A DNA stretch of 64,000 nt from an uncultured Draconibacterium sp. (GCF_963675585.2 NZ_CAXXWU010000003.1:529087-593086), one strand, 5' to 3'; positions 46,768-56,567 are shown, numbered from the stretch's first letter. Notes: a model not told the origin generated them from the sequence alone. Numbers and translations: made by a program.

Positions 46768-47673
46768 ATGAAATCGAATACAATAAAAGGATATCTTTTT
46801 GCCTTGCTGGCTACCCTGTCTTTTTCCAATGTATATATTTTTAGTAAAGCAGCACTTAACCAAATTCATTTAACCCAATTTGGAATTTACTGGTGTGCCA
46901 TTGGTGTAATTTTAAGTTTACTGTTTGCATTAAAAAACAACAAGTTGGCTCAAATAAAAGAGCTTACAAAAAAGCAAATTCGCATACTGCTCATTTTAGG
47001 TGGCCTGGAAATTCTTACCACTGCCACGTTCTTTATTTCTATAAATATCATTCCCGATCCGGCCATTACATCTTTTCTGGGCAATATGTTTCCGGTAATG
47101 GTGGCACTCGGAGGAATTATAATTTTAAAAGAAAAATTGGCTTGGATTGAAATTATGGGTGGTTTGCTGGCTATTGCCGGAACTTTCATAATCAGTTATT
47201 CGGGCGGAACCTCGTTAAAAACGTTTTTTATTGCCGGTACAGGCATTGTTTTGGTAAATGCAATTTTAGCAACTACAGCAACGCTAACGGTTAAAGTATA
47301 TGTAAAAGAAATGAGCCCCGAGTTATTCAACCTCAATCGGTACATCTGGCTTTTCCTTTTCTCATTTATCATATTTTTTGTGTACAAACAACCTTTTGCT
47401 ATTCCGGCTAAGGCGCTATCAAATGTTAGCATTGGAGCCTTTCTCGAATTTATTGCCATTCTAACTGTTTATTATTCGTATCGCTACATTGAAGCTTCAA
47501 GGTCGGCAATTGTACAAAGTTTAAAAGGTATTTTTGTGCTAATCGGAGCATTCCTGGTTTTTAAAACCTTTCCTGCACCCTATCAGTTTATGGGAGGAAT
47601 GATAACCGTACTCGGCGTTTTAATCATGAGTTTGGCACAGGCAGGTTACTTTTCACCCAAAAAAAATAGATAA
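46768..47673 (+). CDS. EamA/DMT-superfamily transporter
   Basis: It has 301 aa, 10 TM segments and an internal two-fold repeat typical of EamA domains. A TAnnTTTG box (TATCTTTG, 46755-46762) lies only 5 nt before the ATG. Confidence 0.75.
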   Translation: MKSNTIKGYLFALLATLSFSNVYIFSKAALNQIHLTQFGIYWCAIGVILSLLFALKNNKLAQIKELTKKQIRILLILGGLEILTTATFFISINIIPDPAITSFLGNMFPVMVALGGIIILKEKLAWIEIMGGLLAIAGTFIISYSGGTSLKTFFIAGTGIVLVNAILATTATLTVKVYVKEMSPELFNLNRYIWLFLFSFIIFFVYKQPFAIPAKALSNVSIGAFLEFIAILTVYYSYRYIEASRSAIVQSLKGIFVLIGAFLVFKTFPAPYQFMGGMITVLGVLIMSLAQAGYFSPKKNR

Positions 47674-47849
47674 ATCGCTTCTAAACTGATTTTTCAGTTA
47701 AAAAACTATAACATTAGTTTTTCTAAAGCTATTTTAACAAAATTTCAAAATAAAATCCCCTAACTTTCGTTGAAATTGAGAACAAGGCATACTTTTTGTT
47801 AAACAGAAAAACACGTTCTACCACTCAAAATTAACGAAAACAATAAACA

Positions 47850-49241
47850 ATGAAACGAAAAACCTGGCTTATTGCCATTATTGTCGTAGCTATTCTGCTT
47901 TTGGCATTTTTTGTTTTTCCACTCTCGAAAAGCGAAACTTCCGACATCACAACTACCGTTAAAAAAGGCCCTTTTGAAGTATTGGTTTACTCCAGCGGGC
48001 AACTGGAATCTGAAAACTCCGACAACATTTTGATCCCTGAGAAGATGAAAGATCGTCAGACTCAAATTTCGTCGCTTACCATTACTGATATGGTTGACGA
48101 AGGAACTTATGTTGATTCGGGTGATTATGTTGCAACACTCGACCACCAGGCCGTTCAGGAGCAACTTAAAAATGCACTGGACGAACTGGAAAAAATTCAG
48201 TCGGAATACGACGACAGTAAAATCGACTCCAATCTTACACTCAGCAACCAGCGGGATTTGATAATCAATGCCAGGCTCGACATGGAGGAACGTAAAATTG
48301 CAGTTGACGAATCGATTTACGAATCGCCATCGGAACAGAAAAAGGTGCGTATGGATTACGACAAAGCCGAGCGAAAACTCGAACAAACCAAACAAGCTTA
48401 TACCTTAAAAACCCAGCAGGAAATAAACAAGGTCAACCGAAAATTCATCAATTACAAACAAATTAAAGAGCGGGTAAATGCCCTCGAAGAATTAATGGGT
48501 GCATTAATTGTGTATTCTCCCCGGGCCGGAATCGTTTCGTATTACTCTTATCCGTGGGGAGGGGCAGTAAAAACAGGATCGCGGGTTTCGCAGTGGAGCC
48601 CAATTATTGCCACATTTCCGAATATGGATAACCTGGTTACCAAAACATTTATCAACGAAATTGACATTGCCTTGATAAAAAAAGGACAAAAAGTTAAAAT
48701 AGGTATCGACGCTTTTCCGGATAAAGAATTAAGCGGCGTGGTTGATGCGGTTGCAAATATGGGTCAGTTAATGCCCAAAAGCGATGCAAAAGTATTCGAA
48801 GTAAAAATCAAAGTGATTGGATCCGATCCCGACCTAAAACCGGCAATGACAACCAGTAATACCATTCAGGCTAATTATTTGGAGGATGTACTTTATATCC
48901 CCATTGAAGCCGTTTTTAAAAACGACAGTTTGTCTTATGTTTATCCGCTTGACGGAAAAAACAGAAAACAAATTATTGAAACCGGGGAAGCCAATGAAAA
49001 TTTTATTGTCGTTTATCAGGGATTGGAAGCAAACCAGAAATTACATTTGCTGGAACCTGAAGGCGGCACCGAATATCCGCTTGCAGGCTTGGATATTTAC
49101 CAGGCCATGAAAGAAAAGGAGGCAGAAAAAAAGGCAAAGGAAGCCGAAGAACGAGCCAAAAAAGAAAAGGAACAAGAAAACCAGAAAATGCCGGAAGGAA
49201 TTAAATTGCCTCCGGGTGTTGTTATTAGCAGTGCTTCATAA
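47850..49241 (+). CDS. HlyD/MacA-type efflux periplasmic adaptor subunit with a Lys/Glu-rich C-terminal tail
   Basis: It has an N-terminal TM anchor (WLIAIIVVAILLLAFFVF), a lipoyl-like motif (VDEGTYVDSGDYVATLD), a long coiled coil, and a beta-barrel/MPD region. The tail reads KEKEAEKKAKEAEERAKKEKEQENQK. Confidence 0.8.
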   Translation: MKRKTWLIAIIVVAILLLAFFVFPLSKSETSDITTTVKKGPFEVLVYSSGQLESENSDNILIPEKMKDRQTQISSLTITDMVDEGTYVDSGDYVATLDHQAVQEQLKNALDELEKIQSEYDDSKIDSNLTLSNQRDLIINARLDMEERKIAVDESIYESPSEQKKVRMDYDKAERKLEQTKQAYTLKTQQEINKVNRKFINYKQIKERVNALEELMGALIVYSPRAGIVSYYSYPWGGAVKTGSRVSQWSPIIATFPNMDNLVTKTFINEIDIALIKKGQKVKIGIDAFPDKELSGVVDAVANMGQLMPKSDAKVFEVKIKVIGSDPDLKPAMTTSNTIQANYLEDVLYIPIEAVFKNDSLSYVYPLDGKNRKQIIETGEANENFIVVYQGLEANQKLHLLEPEGGTEYPLAGLDIYQAMKEKEAEKKAKEAEERAKKEKEQENQKMPEGIKLPPGVVISSAS

Positions 49242-49262
49242 CTAACCTCCAAATTCTAAATC

Positions 49263-50645
49263 ATGTTTATAAAACGATATTTACACGATATTTTAATTGC
49301 TGTAGAAGCAATTATTGCCAACCGGCTAAAATCGATACTTACCGCGCTTGGGATTATTTTTGGAGTTGCCGCCGTTATTAGTATGATGGCAATTGGAAAT
49401 GGTGCAGAGCAGGAAATCCTAGAACAAATTAAATTGGTGGGAGTAAATAACATTGTTATTACGCCAAGTACGTACTCGCTTTCGGATGGAAACAGTTCGG
49501 GCAGCGATGACAATAGCGGACAGCCCGGTGCAAAAAAATTCTCGAAAGGGCTAACTCTGCTTGATGTAGATGCCATAAAACAAGTGTTGCCAACCATTGA
49601 AAAAATTACCCCTGTAATTTCTTTTAACTACTCCGCCCTGCTTAATGGCATTAGCCGGCCTGTGGTTCTCGAAGGAATTGACAACCATTATTTTGATTTG
49701 TTTAATATGCAACTGGCCGAAGGAAATCGGTTTAACTCGATTCAAACCGAAAACGGACTTCCCGTTTGTGTGATTGGGAACAACATAAAAGAGCAATTTT
49801 TCAGACAACAAAATCCCATTGGCGAGTACATTAAATGCGGACAAATCTGGTTAAAAATTGTGGGTGTAATCGAACGCCGCGATTTTACAGCTTCAGCTTC
49901 CGACGAATTGGGGATAAGCAGTTCGGACAATAAAATTTTTGTGCCGGTGCAAACCATGTTATTACGTTTTAAAAACCGCTCGTTAATACGTGCCGACGAG
50001 GTTTTAAAGGCCAACGAAAAAAGCGGCGGTGGCGGAATGGTTGTAATTGTTGGAGGAGCCGAACAAACTGAAGAACCTGTTGATACCGATCCAAACTTAA
50101 ATCAACTGGATAAAATTATTGTTCAGGTAAAAGAAACCGAACAGTTAAATGCATCGGCTACACTCATAAAAAAGATGTTGCTGAGACGGCATTCCGAATT
50201 GTACGATTTTGAAGTTACCATTCCCGAATTACTACTGAAACAGCAACAAAAAACCAAAAAGATTTTCAACATTGTTTTGGGTGTTATTGCTGGTATTTCG
50301 CTGGTAGTTGGCGGAATTGGAATTATGAATATTATGCTGGCTTCGGTACTCGAACGCATTAGGGAAATTGGGGTTCGCCAGGCCATTGGTGCCAAACAAA
50401 AAGACATTATTGCCCAATTTCTTGCCGAGTCAACTCTTATCAGTTTAACCGGAGGAATAATCGGAATTATTCTGGGTATCGTTCTTTCTCAAATTATTAC
50501 GGCAATGTTCGATATAAAAACAGTTGTATCGGCATTCAGTATAATTATTGCTTTTGGCGTTTCGGTGGTTGTTGGGGTTACTTTTGGTTACCTGCCTGCC
50601 AAACGCGCAGCCGAAAACGATCCGGTTGTTTCTCTTCGTTCATAA
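49263..50645 (+). CDS. MacB/FtsX-family ABC transporter permease (no fused ATPase domain)
   Basis: TM1 sits at the N-terminus (ILTALGIIFGVAAVISMMAIG) and is followed by a large periplasmic domain. The C-terminal FtsX domain reads GGIGIMNIMLASVLERIREIGVRQAIGAKQKDI, and the terminal motif is YLPAKRAAENDPVVSLR. Confidence 0.85.
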   Translation: MFIKRYLHDILIAVEAIIANRLKSILTALGIIFGVAAVISMMAIGNGAEQEILEQIKLVGVNNIVITPSTYSLSDGNSSGSDDNSGQPGAKKFSKGLTLLDVDAIKQVLPTIEKITPVISFNYSALLNGISRPVVLEGIDNHYFDLFNMQLAEGNRFNSIQTENGLPVCVIGNNIKEQFFRQQNPIGEYIKCGQIWLKIVGVIERRDFTASASDELGISSSDNKIFVPVQTMLLRFKNRSLIRADEVLKANEKSGGGGMVVIVGGAEQTEEPVDTDPNLNQLDKIIVQVKETEQLNASATLIKKMLLRRHSELYDFEVTIPELLLKQQQKTKKIFNIVLGVIAGISLVVGGIGIMNIMLASVLERIREIGVRQAIGAKQKDIIAQFLAESTLISLTGGIIGIILGIVLSQIITAMFDIKTVVSAFSIIIAFGVSVVVGVTFGYLPAKRAAENDPVVSLRS

Positions 50646-50661
50646 GCTAAAAAATAATAAA

Positions 50662-52146
50662 ATGAATAAAATAATATTTACCCTACTTCTATTCATCGGA
50701 ATTTCGCTGGCTACGCAAGCACAAGAAAAAAAGATAGTTCTAACACTTCCCGAAGTTATCGACATTGCATCTAAACAATCGATTGATGCATTCCGAAATA
50801 AAAACATGTACCTGGCCAGTTACTGGGAGCACCGGTTTTACAAAGCCGAACGTTTGCCTAGTCTTACTCTGAGTTCAAATCCACTCGACTTTAACCGTTA
50901 CCGGAATAAGGAATATAATTTTGAGACAAACGAAGACGAATACCGTTTAAGAGAATACATAAATTCAGACGTCACACTTTCGGCAGTACAAAATGTAAGT
51001 TTAACCGGTGGGCAGGTATTTGTTCGTTCAGGTTTGGGAATGGTAAAAAACCTGGGTGGCGATAAAAATACATCGTTTAATGCAACTCCAATCAGTATTG
51101 GTTTTTCGCAAGAGTTAAACGGGTACAACGAACTAAAATGGCAGTCGAAAATTGAACCCATAAAATTCGAAAAAGCCAAAAAAGAATTTATTCAGGATGT
51201 GGAAGATTTACGCACAAAATCAACCATCCGCTTTTTTGGATTAATAAATGCCCAGATACAAAAAGGCATTGCCGAAATGAATTACGCCAATGCCGATACA
51301 TTATACAAAATCGGGAAAGGAAGATTTCAGGTTGGAACAGTAACACAAGATGAATTACTGGAACTCGAATTGCGTTTATTAAACAACCAGCAAGCACTAA
51401 ACATGGCCATTTTGGAAGAAAAACGCGCACAAGCCATGCTGAATTCCTTTTTAAGCCTTCCAAAAGAAACCGAAATTGAATGTATTGTTCCAAGCGACAT
51501 TCCTTCGTTGCAGATCGACCCTGACATGGCCATTTCGGAGGCAATAAAAAACAATCCGGAAATGCTAAGCCAGGAACAACAAAAGCTGGAACAGGATGAA
51601 AACGTGGAAAGGGCAAAATCGGAGCGCGGATTAAACACCACTCTTTTTGCCATGTACGGCCTAAATCAAAGTGCAGACAATTTCGACGACGTGTATGTAA
51701 AACCCGATAAAAGCCAGATGTTTAGTTTGGGATTAAACATACCGATTGTAGATTGGGGCCGTGGCAAAGGACGCTACTCCATGGCCAAATCGAACCGCGA
51801 AGTAGCATTGGCAACACTGGAGCAGGAACGTATCGATTTTGAACAGGATATTTACCAAAGTGTACTCGAATTTAACCTACAGGCCGGCCAGGTTTTTACC
51901 TCGGCAAAAGCCGATACTGTAGCAAAAATGGGATACGATGTTACTTTTCAGCGTTTCCTGATTGGCAAAATTGATGTAATAAAACTCAACATTGCCAGCA
52001 ACGACCAGGAAACGGCCAGAATGGCCTACCTTTCGCGCCTAAGAGACTACTGGACAGCTTATTTCCGACTTCGGAGTTTAACGCTTTTCGATTTTGAAAA
52101 CAACCGACCGCTGGTTGTTGATTACAATAAACTTTTAGAGAATTAA
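50662..52146 (+). CDS. tolC: TolC-family outer membrane efflux protein
   Basis: The ATG at 50662 gives a signal peptide (MNKIIFTLLLFIGISLATQAQE). The protein is about 494 aa with the duplicated helical/beta OEP architecture. The ORF-track start at 50548 overlaps the permease gene and is rejected. Confidence 0.8.
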   Translation: MNKIIFTLLLFIGISLATQAQEKKIVLTLPEVIDIASKQSIDAFRNKNMYLASYWEHRFYKAERLPSLTLSSNPLDFNRYRNKEYNFETNEDEYRLREYINSDVTLSAVQNVSLTGGQVFVRSGLGMVKNLGGDKNTSFNATPISIGFSQELNGYNELKWQSKIEPIKFEKAKKEFIQDVEDLRTKSTIRFFGLINAQIQKGIAEMNYANADTLYKIGKGRFQVGTVTQDELLELELRLLNNQQALNMAILEEKRAQAMLNSFLSLPKETEIECIVPSDIPSLQIDPDMAISEAIKNNPEMLSQEQQKLEQDENVERAKSERGLNTTLFAMYGLNQSADNFDDVYVKPDKSQMFSLGLNIPIVDWGRGKGRYSMAKSNREVALATLEQERIDFEQDIYQSVLEFNLQAGQVFTSAKADTVAKMGYDVTFQRFLIGKIDVIKLNIASNDQETARMAYLSRLRDYWTAYFRLRSLTLFDFENNRPLVVDYNKLLEN

Positions 52147-52148
52147 AC

Positions 52149-53402
52149 ATGGCAATACAAAGAAAACATATCATTATTTCGGCTTTTGTTTTGGTTCTGA
52201 TTATTGTTGCCGCGGTACTTACAACCTCAACATCGTCGGAAAAAGCAGAAAAGTATTTTGTGGTTGAAAAAGGCAAATTTGAAGCAACTCTAAAGTGCAA
52301 GGGCGAAATAAACGGACTGGTTTCTACTCCCATAAATGTACCTAAGATTTTGGGCGATCGCGATTTACGCCTGTGGGAAATAAAAATTCTGAACCTGGCT
52401 CAGGATGGAAAATACGTAAAAAAAGGCGATTTTATCATTCAATTGGATGCAAGTACAATTATGTCGGGAATGCGTGAAGAACAGCAAAATTTTGAGAAAG
52501 AAGAATCTGAACTTAAAAATGCAAAAATTGACAGCGCGGTTACTCTCACCGAATTACGTGAAGACATAAAAAATGCAAAGCTTGATTTGGAATACAACAA
52601 AATTGATTTGGAACAATCGATTTACGAATCGGCGGCATACCAGCGCAAGGCACAAATGACCTACGAAAAAGCCGAGAATAACATTGCAAAAAAACAACGA
52701 GACTACCGGCTTGAACAAAACAAGCTAAAAATGAAAGTGGGACGTTCGGCGGAGAATGTAGAAAGAAGCCAGAAAAAAATCGATAAATTCCAGGAGGCAA
52801 TGCGGGCAGCACGAATTACCGCGCCCGAAGACGGAATTGTAATTTTTGGAAAAAGCTGGGACGGGCAGAAATACAGCAAAGACGGAATGCTTTCTACCTG
52901 GTCGTTTGGCCCGCCAATTGCCACACTGCCCGATATGTCGAAGGTAATTTCTGAAACCTACGTTAAAGAAATCGACATTTCGAAAATTAACGTAGGCGAC
53001 GAAGTAAAAGTGAGTTTCGACGCGTTGGAAGGTGTTGAAATAAAAGGCAAAATAAACACGATTGCACGTGTTGGTGAAGACCATAAAGATTTCGACATGA
53101 AAGTTTTTAAAGTTGTAATTCATTTAAACGAAACACATGAGGGATTAAAACCTGCCATGTCGAGTAACAACGAAATTATTCTGGCTCAAAGCGACGATGC
53201 TCTTTTTGTTCCCTTAAAAGCAGTCTTTAAAGAGAACAATTCTTATTTTGTTTACCTGAAAAAAGACGGTAATAGCATAAAACAGCAAGTTGAAACCGGT
53301 TTAGAGAACGAAGAATTTGTACTCATCGAAACGGGTATTAAACAAGGAGATGTTGTTTTACTCGAACCACCACTTGAAAAGGTTGAGCTGGCTCAGCGAT
53401 AG
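52149..53402 (+). CDS. second HlyD/MacA-type efflux adaptor subunit (paralogue of 47850-49241)
   Basis: It has an N-terminal TM segment (IIISAFVLVLIIVAAVL). It shares motifs with the first adaptor, for example IYESAAYQRKAQMTYEKAE versus IYESPSEQKKVRMDYDKAE, and LKPAMSSNNEI versus LKPAMTTSNTI. It starts 2 nt after the tolC stop. Confidence 0.8.
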   Translation: MAIQRKHIIISAFVLVLIIVAAVLTTSTSSEKAEKYFVVEKGKFEATLKCKGEINGLVSTPINVPKILGDRDLRLWEIKILNLAQDGKYVKKGDFIIQLDASTIMSGMREEQQNFEKEESELKNAKIDSAVTLTELREDIKNAKLDLEYNKIDLEQSIYESAAYQRKAQMTYEKAENNIAKKQRDYRLEQNKLKMKVGRSAENVERSQKKIDKFQEAMRAARITAPEDGIVIFGKSWDGQKYSKDGMLSTWSFGPPIATLPDMSKVISETYVKEIDISKINVGDEVKVSFDALEGVEIKGKINTIARVGEDHKDFDMKVFKVVIHLNETHEGLKPAMSSNNEIILAQSDDALFVPLKAVFKENNSYFVYLKKDGNSIKQQVETGLENEEFVLIETGIKQGDVVLLEPPLEKVELAQR

Positions 53403-53408
53403 GACTAA

Positions 53409-53438
53409 AAAACGGGTTGAATAATCAGCCCGTTTTTT
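53409..53438 (+). terminator. intrinsic terminator of the efflux operon
   Basis: The 5' arm AAAACGGGTTGA (53409-53420) and the 3' arm TCAGCCCGTTTT (53425-53436) flank the loop ATAA. They form a 12-bp stem with one G-U pair. The stem is followed by a T-run and lies 6 nt after the TAG stop. Confidence 0.8.
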
Positions 53439-53459
53439 AGTTTTAGTTACTTTTACGCT

Positions 53460-54686
53460 ATGCAAAACAACAGCGGCAACTCTGTCTTTTTATATAATCC
53501 AACCTGCGAATATGCGGTTGCAAATGGAAACGGCACCTGGCAACCCAATAAAATTCTGCAAAAAATGGAAAACGATTTGGCCACAATCCCACTTTTTTTC
53601 AGCCTGCCAAACGATCAGATAATTGTTCCGGAGTTGCCATCAAAATCCTTTCTCGAACAGTTAAAAAGAATTGGAATCCAAACTCCGGATTTTATTCTGA
53701 AACAAACACTTCAACAACAAAATTACAGTTCAAAAATAAATGAACTGCGCCCCTGGGGCTGGAGTCCGGCCGCCCATAAACTCCTTGATCCCTTAAAACA
53801 ATATTGCTCCGAAGACTTTAAAAACTCGCCCGTTTTTAACTGGAAACCTGAATACAAAAACTACTACTCGAAAAAATTCGCTCTTGGTATTTTACAACAA
53901 ATAACCACCCGTTTCCCTTCTGATTTTTTTATCGACCAAAGCCAAATCCCGGAAATTTGCACCGAACAATGTGAGATTGAAGAGTTACTAAACAAATGGG
54001 GAAATTTAATGATAAAAGCTCCGTGGAGCAGCTCGGGCCGAGGATTACAACCCATTACCAAAACTCCTGTTCATCCGAAGGTGTGGGAACGAATTTTAGG
54101 AATTGTAAAAGAACAAGGTTACACAATTGTTGAGCCGTATCTGAAAAAAGTAACCGACCTGGCACTGCAATTTCATGCTAAAGCAGGGAAAGTTGAATTT
54201 GTTGGAATAAGCAATTTCTCGACCGATTACAAGGGGCAATACAACGGAAATAATCTAAATGGCCTCCCGGATTCTTTGGATCGTACTGTAGCTGAATTTG
54301 TGTTGTCGATCCCATCGTTTGTATTGGAACCTTTGTTAATCCTGTTGACCGAAAGCGAATTGGCAAAAAACTACGATGGATATTTTGGTGTCGACATGCT
54401 TATTTTTAAAGACAAAAAAGGCCGTTTAAAAGTAAATCCCTGCCTTGAAATAAACGTTCGGCATAACATGGGGCTGTTATCGCTTCAACTCGAAAAACTA
54501 ATAGTGCCCGACAAAAAAGGATTATTCCGAACCTTTTTTAAACCCGGAACAACTTTTTATGATTTAAAAGCAGAGATGGAAAAAACTCATCCATTGCTGT
54601 TAAAAGACAACAAAATAGAATCGGGCTTTTTCGCCTTAACCGAAGCAAAATCCGACACACAATTTGGAGCCTACATTTTGGTTTAA
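53460..54686 (+). CDS. conserved hypothetical protein with ATP-grasp-like C-terminal half
   Basis: This is a 408-aa ORF. MIKAPWSSSGRGLQPI resembles the ATP-grasp K..-GS.G.G loop, and FGVDMLIFKDKKGRLKVNPCLEINVRHNMG resembles the E-x-N Mg/ATP motif. The assignment is tentative. Confidence 0.45.
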   Translation: MQNNSGNSVFLYNPTCEYAVANGNGTWQPNKILQKMENDLATIPLFFSLPNDQIIVPELPSKSFLEQLKRIGIQTPDFILKQTLQQQNYSSKINELRPWGWSPAAHKLLDPLKQYCSEDFKNSPVFNWKPEYKNYYSKKFALGILQQITTRFPSDFFIDQSQIPEICTEQCEIEELLNKWGNLMIKAPWSSSGRGLQPITKTPVHPKVWERILGIVKEQGYTIVEPYLKKVTDLALQFHAKAGKVEFVGISNFSTDYKGQYNGNNLNGLPDSLDRTVAEFVLSIPSFVLEPLLILLTESELAKNYDGYFGVDMLIFKDKKGRLKVNPCLEINVRHNMGLLSLQLEKLIVPDKKGLFRTFFKPGTTFYDLKAEMEKTHPLLLKDNKIESGFFALTEAKSDTQFGAYILV

Positions 54687-54727
54687 AAGCAACTTTCTTC
54701 TTTTCAGAAGTTTTTTCTTAACTTTAA

Positions 54728-55558
54728 ATGAACTTCATTCTTAAACTTATGGAAAAACCAAAATTAAAAGTAAAGTCAAACGGAAAGTTATCATCCAAAT
54801 TTTATGAATCGGAATTGGACCGACTTCAAATTGAGCTGGTGCGTTTGCAGGAATGGATTAAATTTAAAGGATTAAAAGTAGTAGTAATCTTCGAAGGCCG
54901 CGACGCCGCCGGGAAAGGTGGAACCATTAAACGAATCATTCAGAATTTAAATCCGCGTATATGTAAAGTTGTTGCTTTGGGCACTCCTACCGAGCGTGAA
55001 AAAACACAGTGGTACTTTCAACGTTATGTGCCACATTTGCCAGCTGCCGGCGAAATGGCTTTATTCGACCGAAGCTGGTACAACCGTGCCGGTGTTGAAA
55101 AAGTAATGGGCTTTTGTACCAGCGATGAATACTGGGAGTTTCTGCGCTCATGCCCAAACTTCGAACGTATGCTGATCCGCTCCGGTATAATTCTAATAAA
55201 ATATTGGTTTTCGGTTAGTGAGGATGAACAGGAGAAGCGATTCAGATCGCGAATTGACGACCCCACAAAAAGCTGGAAACTGAGTCCAATGGACATTAAA
55301 TCGATGGAGAAATTTATTGAATATTCGAAGGCAAAAGATGAGATGTTTGCTTATACCGACACAAAAATAAGTCCGTGGTTTATGGTTGATGCCGACGATA
55401 AAAAACGCGCACGATTAAACTGCATTCATCACCTGTTGTCATCTATTCCGTACAAAGAAATTGAACACGAAGAAATTGTTCTGCCTGAACGAAAAGACAA
55501 CAAAGGTTATGTGCGACCGCCGATTGAAGAAATGACCTTTGTACCAAAAGTATACTAA
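54728..55558 (+). CDS. ppk2: polyphosphate kinase 2 family protein
   Basis: It has a PPK2 Walker-A region (VVVIFEGRDAAGKGGTIKRI), the motifs FDRSWYNRAGVE and KYWFSVSEDEQEKRF, and 276 aa. Confidence 0.9.
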   Translation: MNFILKLMEKPKLKVKSNGKLSSKFYESELDRLQIELVRLQEWIKFKGLKVVVIFEGRDAAGKGGTIKRIIQNLNPRICKVVALGTPTEREKTQWYFQRYVPHLPAAGEMALFDRSWYNRAGVEKVMGFCTSDEYWEFLRSCPNFERMLIRSGIILIKYWFSVSEDEQEKRFRSRIDDPTKSWKLSPMDIKSMEKFIEYSKAKDEMFAYTDTKISPWFMVDADDKKRARLNCIHHLLSSIPYKEIEHEEIVLPERKDNKGYVRPPIEEMTFVPKVY

Positions 55559-55560
55559 AG

Positions 55561-55598
55561 AAAAATCCAGCTTTCAAGGAAAGAAAGCTGGATTTTTT
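55561..55598. terminator. bidirectional intrinsic terminator between convergent ppk2 and the DUF1338 gene
   Basis: A perfect 15-bp stem pairs AAAAATCCAGCTTTC (55561-55575) with GAAAGCTGGATTTTT (55583-55597) around a 7-nt loop. An A-run and a T-run flank it, so it can act on both strands. Confidence 0.85.
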
Positions 55599-55619
55599 CA
55601 TTCAGATTTTTTGTTATAC

Positions 55620-56567
55620 TTAATTCTCCCTGGTTTTTGTCATATCGAATAAATGCGCGGCTTGTTCGCCCAAAAAACCATTAAACAGTTTCTCTTCACC
55701 ATTTTCAATAATATAACCTCGCTGTGCCAGTTCGTAATACGCATAGGTCCATGTCATAAATTCCAGTCCATCCTCGCCTTCAACCTCAACTTCTTCTTTA
55801 ACCGCCAATGTAGCCGATTGCTGTAATTTACTTCCCTTCTCACCTTCCAGCGAATCTTTCATTGGTATTCCGGCAGCGGCCAAAGCATTGCAGGTAGTTT
55901 CCAAATCGGGCCACTCTGCAACGTCCTGATGATTAACAAATGCAGTAAAATGATTCACCGAATTTCCGTGCAACAAAACCCAGGCTGCATATTGCGAAAC
56001 ATCGTTTAATTTTAATACGTCTTCCATACGTGGTATATCCCAGGGGCGTCTGAAGTATTGAACCAGGTCACTTACCAAAGCTTCACCTGCGATTCGCGGT
56101 AATTCGCCTTCTTTATTTAAAACACTCATCAGTTCAATACTCGAGTCAGACAAAATATAAGGTGTGTCTTTAACCGTATTACGAATAAGGCGTTGTGCCC
56201 ACTCCGGTAGTTTTTCCACTTCCAACTGGCTGACAAATATTTTAGGAAACATTTTATCGGGGTGTTCAAAGTGAACGGCGGTTAATTTTTTCCGTGTAAA
56301 AGTATATTTTTCAACCGGAGTATAATCTAAACAATTTAAGATGTGTTTTATGGCCCGAATTCCCTCTGGTTGTTCTCCGGTGTGTGTATTAAAAGTACGT
56401 AAGGCAATATGATCATTTACAACTTTACCTCCCTTTTCGTTCACCAATTCAACATATTTTTTCGCGTAAGGTACGCGCAATATGTAATGCTCCCACAATC
56501 TATTGAGAAGCTCCCCTGCGATTTCTTTTGCTGAAACTTTCATGCTGTGCTTTTCTCTTTTAAACAT
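55620..56567 (-). CDS. DUF1338 / 2-oxoadipate dioxygenase-decarboxylase (HglS/YdcJ-like) family protein
   Basis: This is a 315-aa ORF. The 'NDHIALRTF' motif and the His-rich 'LLHGNSVNHFTAFV' segment fit my memory of the DUF1338 metal site. The true start may be the internal ATG that gives MKVSAKE. Confidence 0.6.
   Translation of the reverse strand: MFKREKHSMKVSAKEIAGELLNRLWEHYILRVPYAKKYVELVNEKGGKVVNDHIALRTFNTHTGEQPEGIRAIKHILNCLDYTPVEKYTFTRKKLTAVHFEHPDKMFPKIFVSQLEVEKLPEWAQRLIRNTVKDTPYILSDSSIELMSVLNKEGELPRIAGEALVSDLVQYFRRPWDIPRMEDVLKLNDVSQYAAWVLLHGNSVNHFTAFVNHQDVAEWPDLETTCNALAAAGIPMKDSLEGEKGSKLQQSATLAVKEEVEVEGEDGLEFMTWTYAYYELAQRGYIIENGEEKLFNGFLGEQAAHLFDMTKTREN

Noticed and set aside
47799-48395. 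A 198-aa minus-strand ORF overlaps the start of the first efflux adaptor gene.
   Set aside because: It is antisense to a well-supported adaptor gene. Its translation is Phe/Val/Asn-rich with no motifs. It would also leave the efflux operon without its first gene.
50548-50661. An upstream extension of the TolC ORF overlaps the permease gene.
   Set aside because: The ATG at 50662 yields a standard signal peptide (MNKIIFTLLLFIGISLATQAQE). The extension lies inside the conserved C-terminus of the FtsX permease.
51188-51653. Two overlapping minus-strand ORFs (142 and 108 aa) lie inside tolC, and similar antisense ORFs occur in the second adaptor (52546-53123) and in pgi (44641-45641).
   Set aside because: All lie antisense to, or out of frame with, genes that have strong family signatures. 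None has a recognisable motif.
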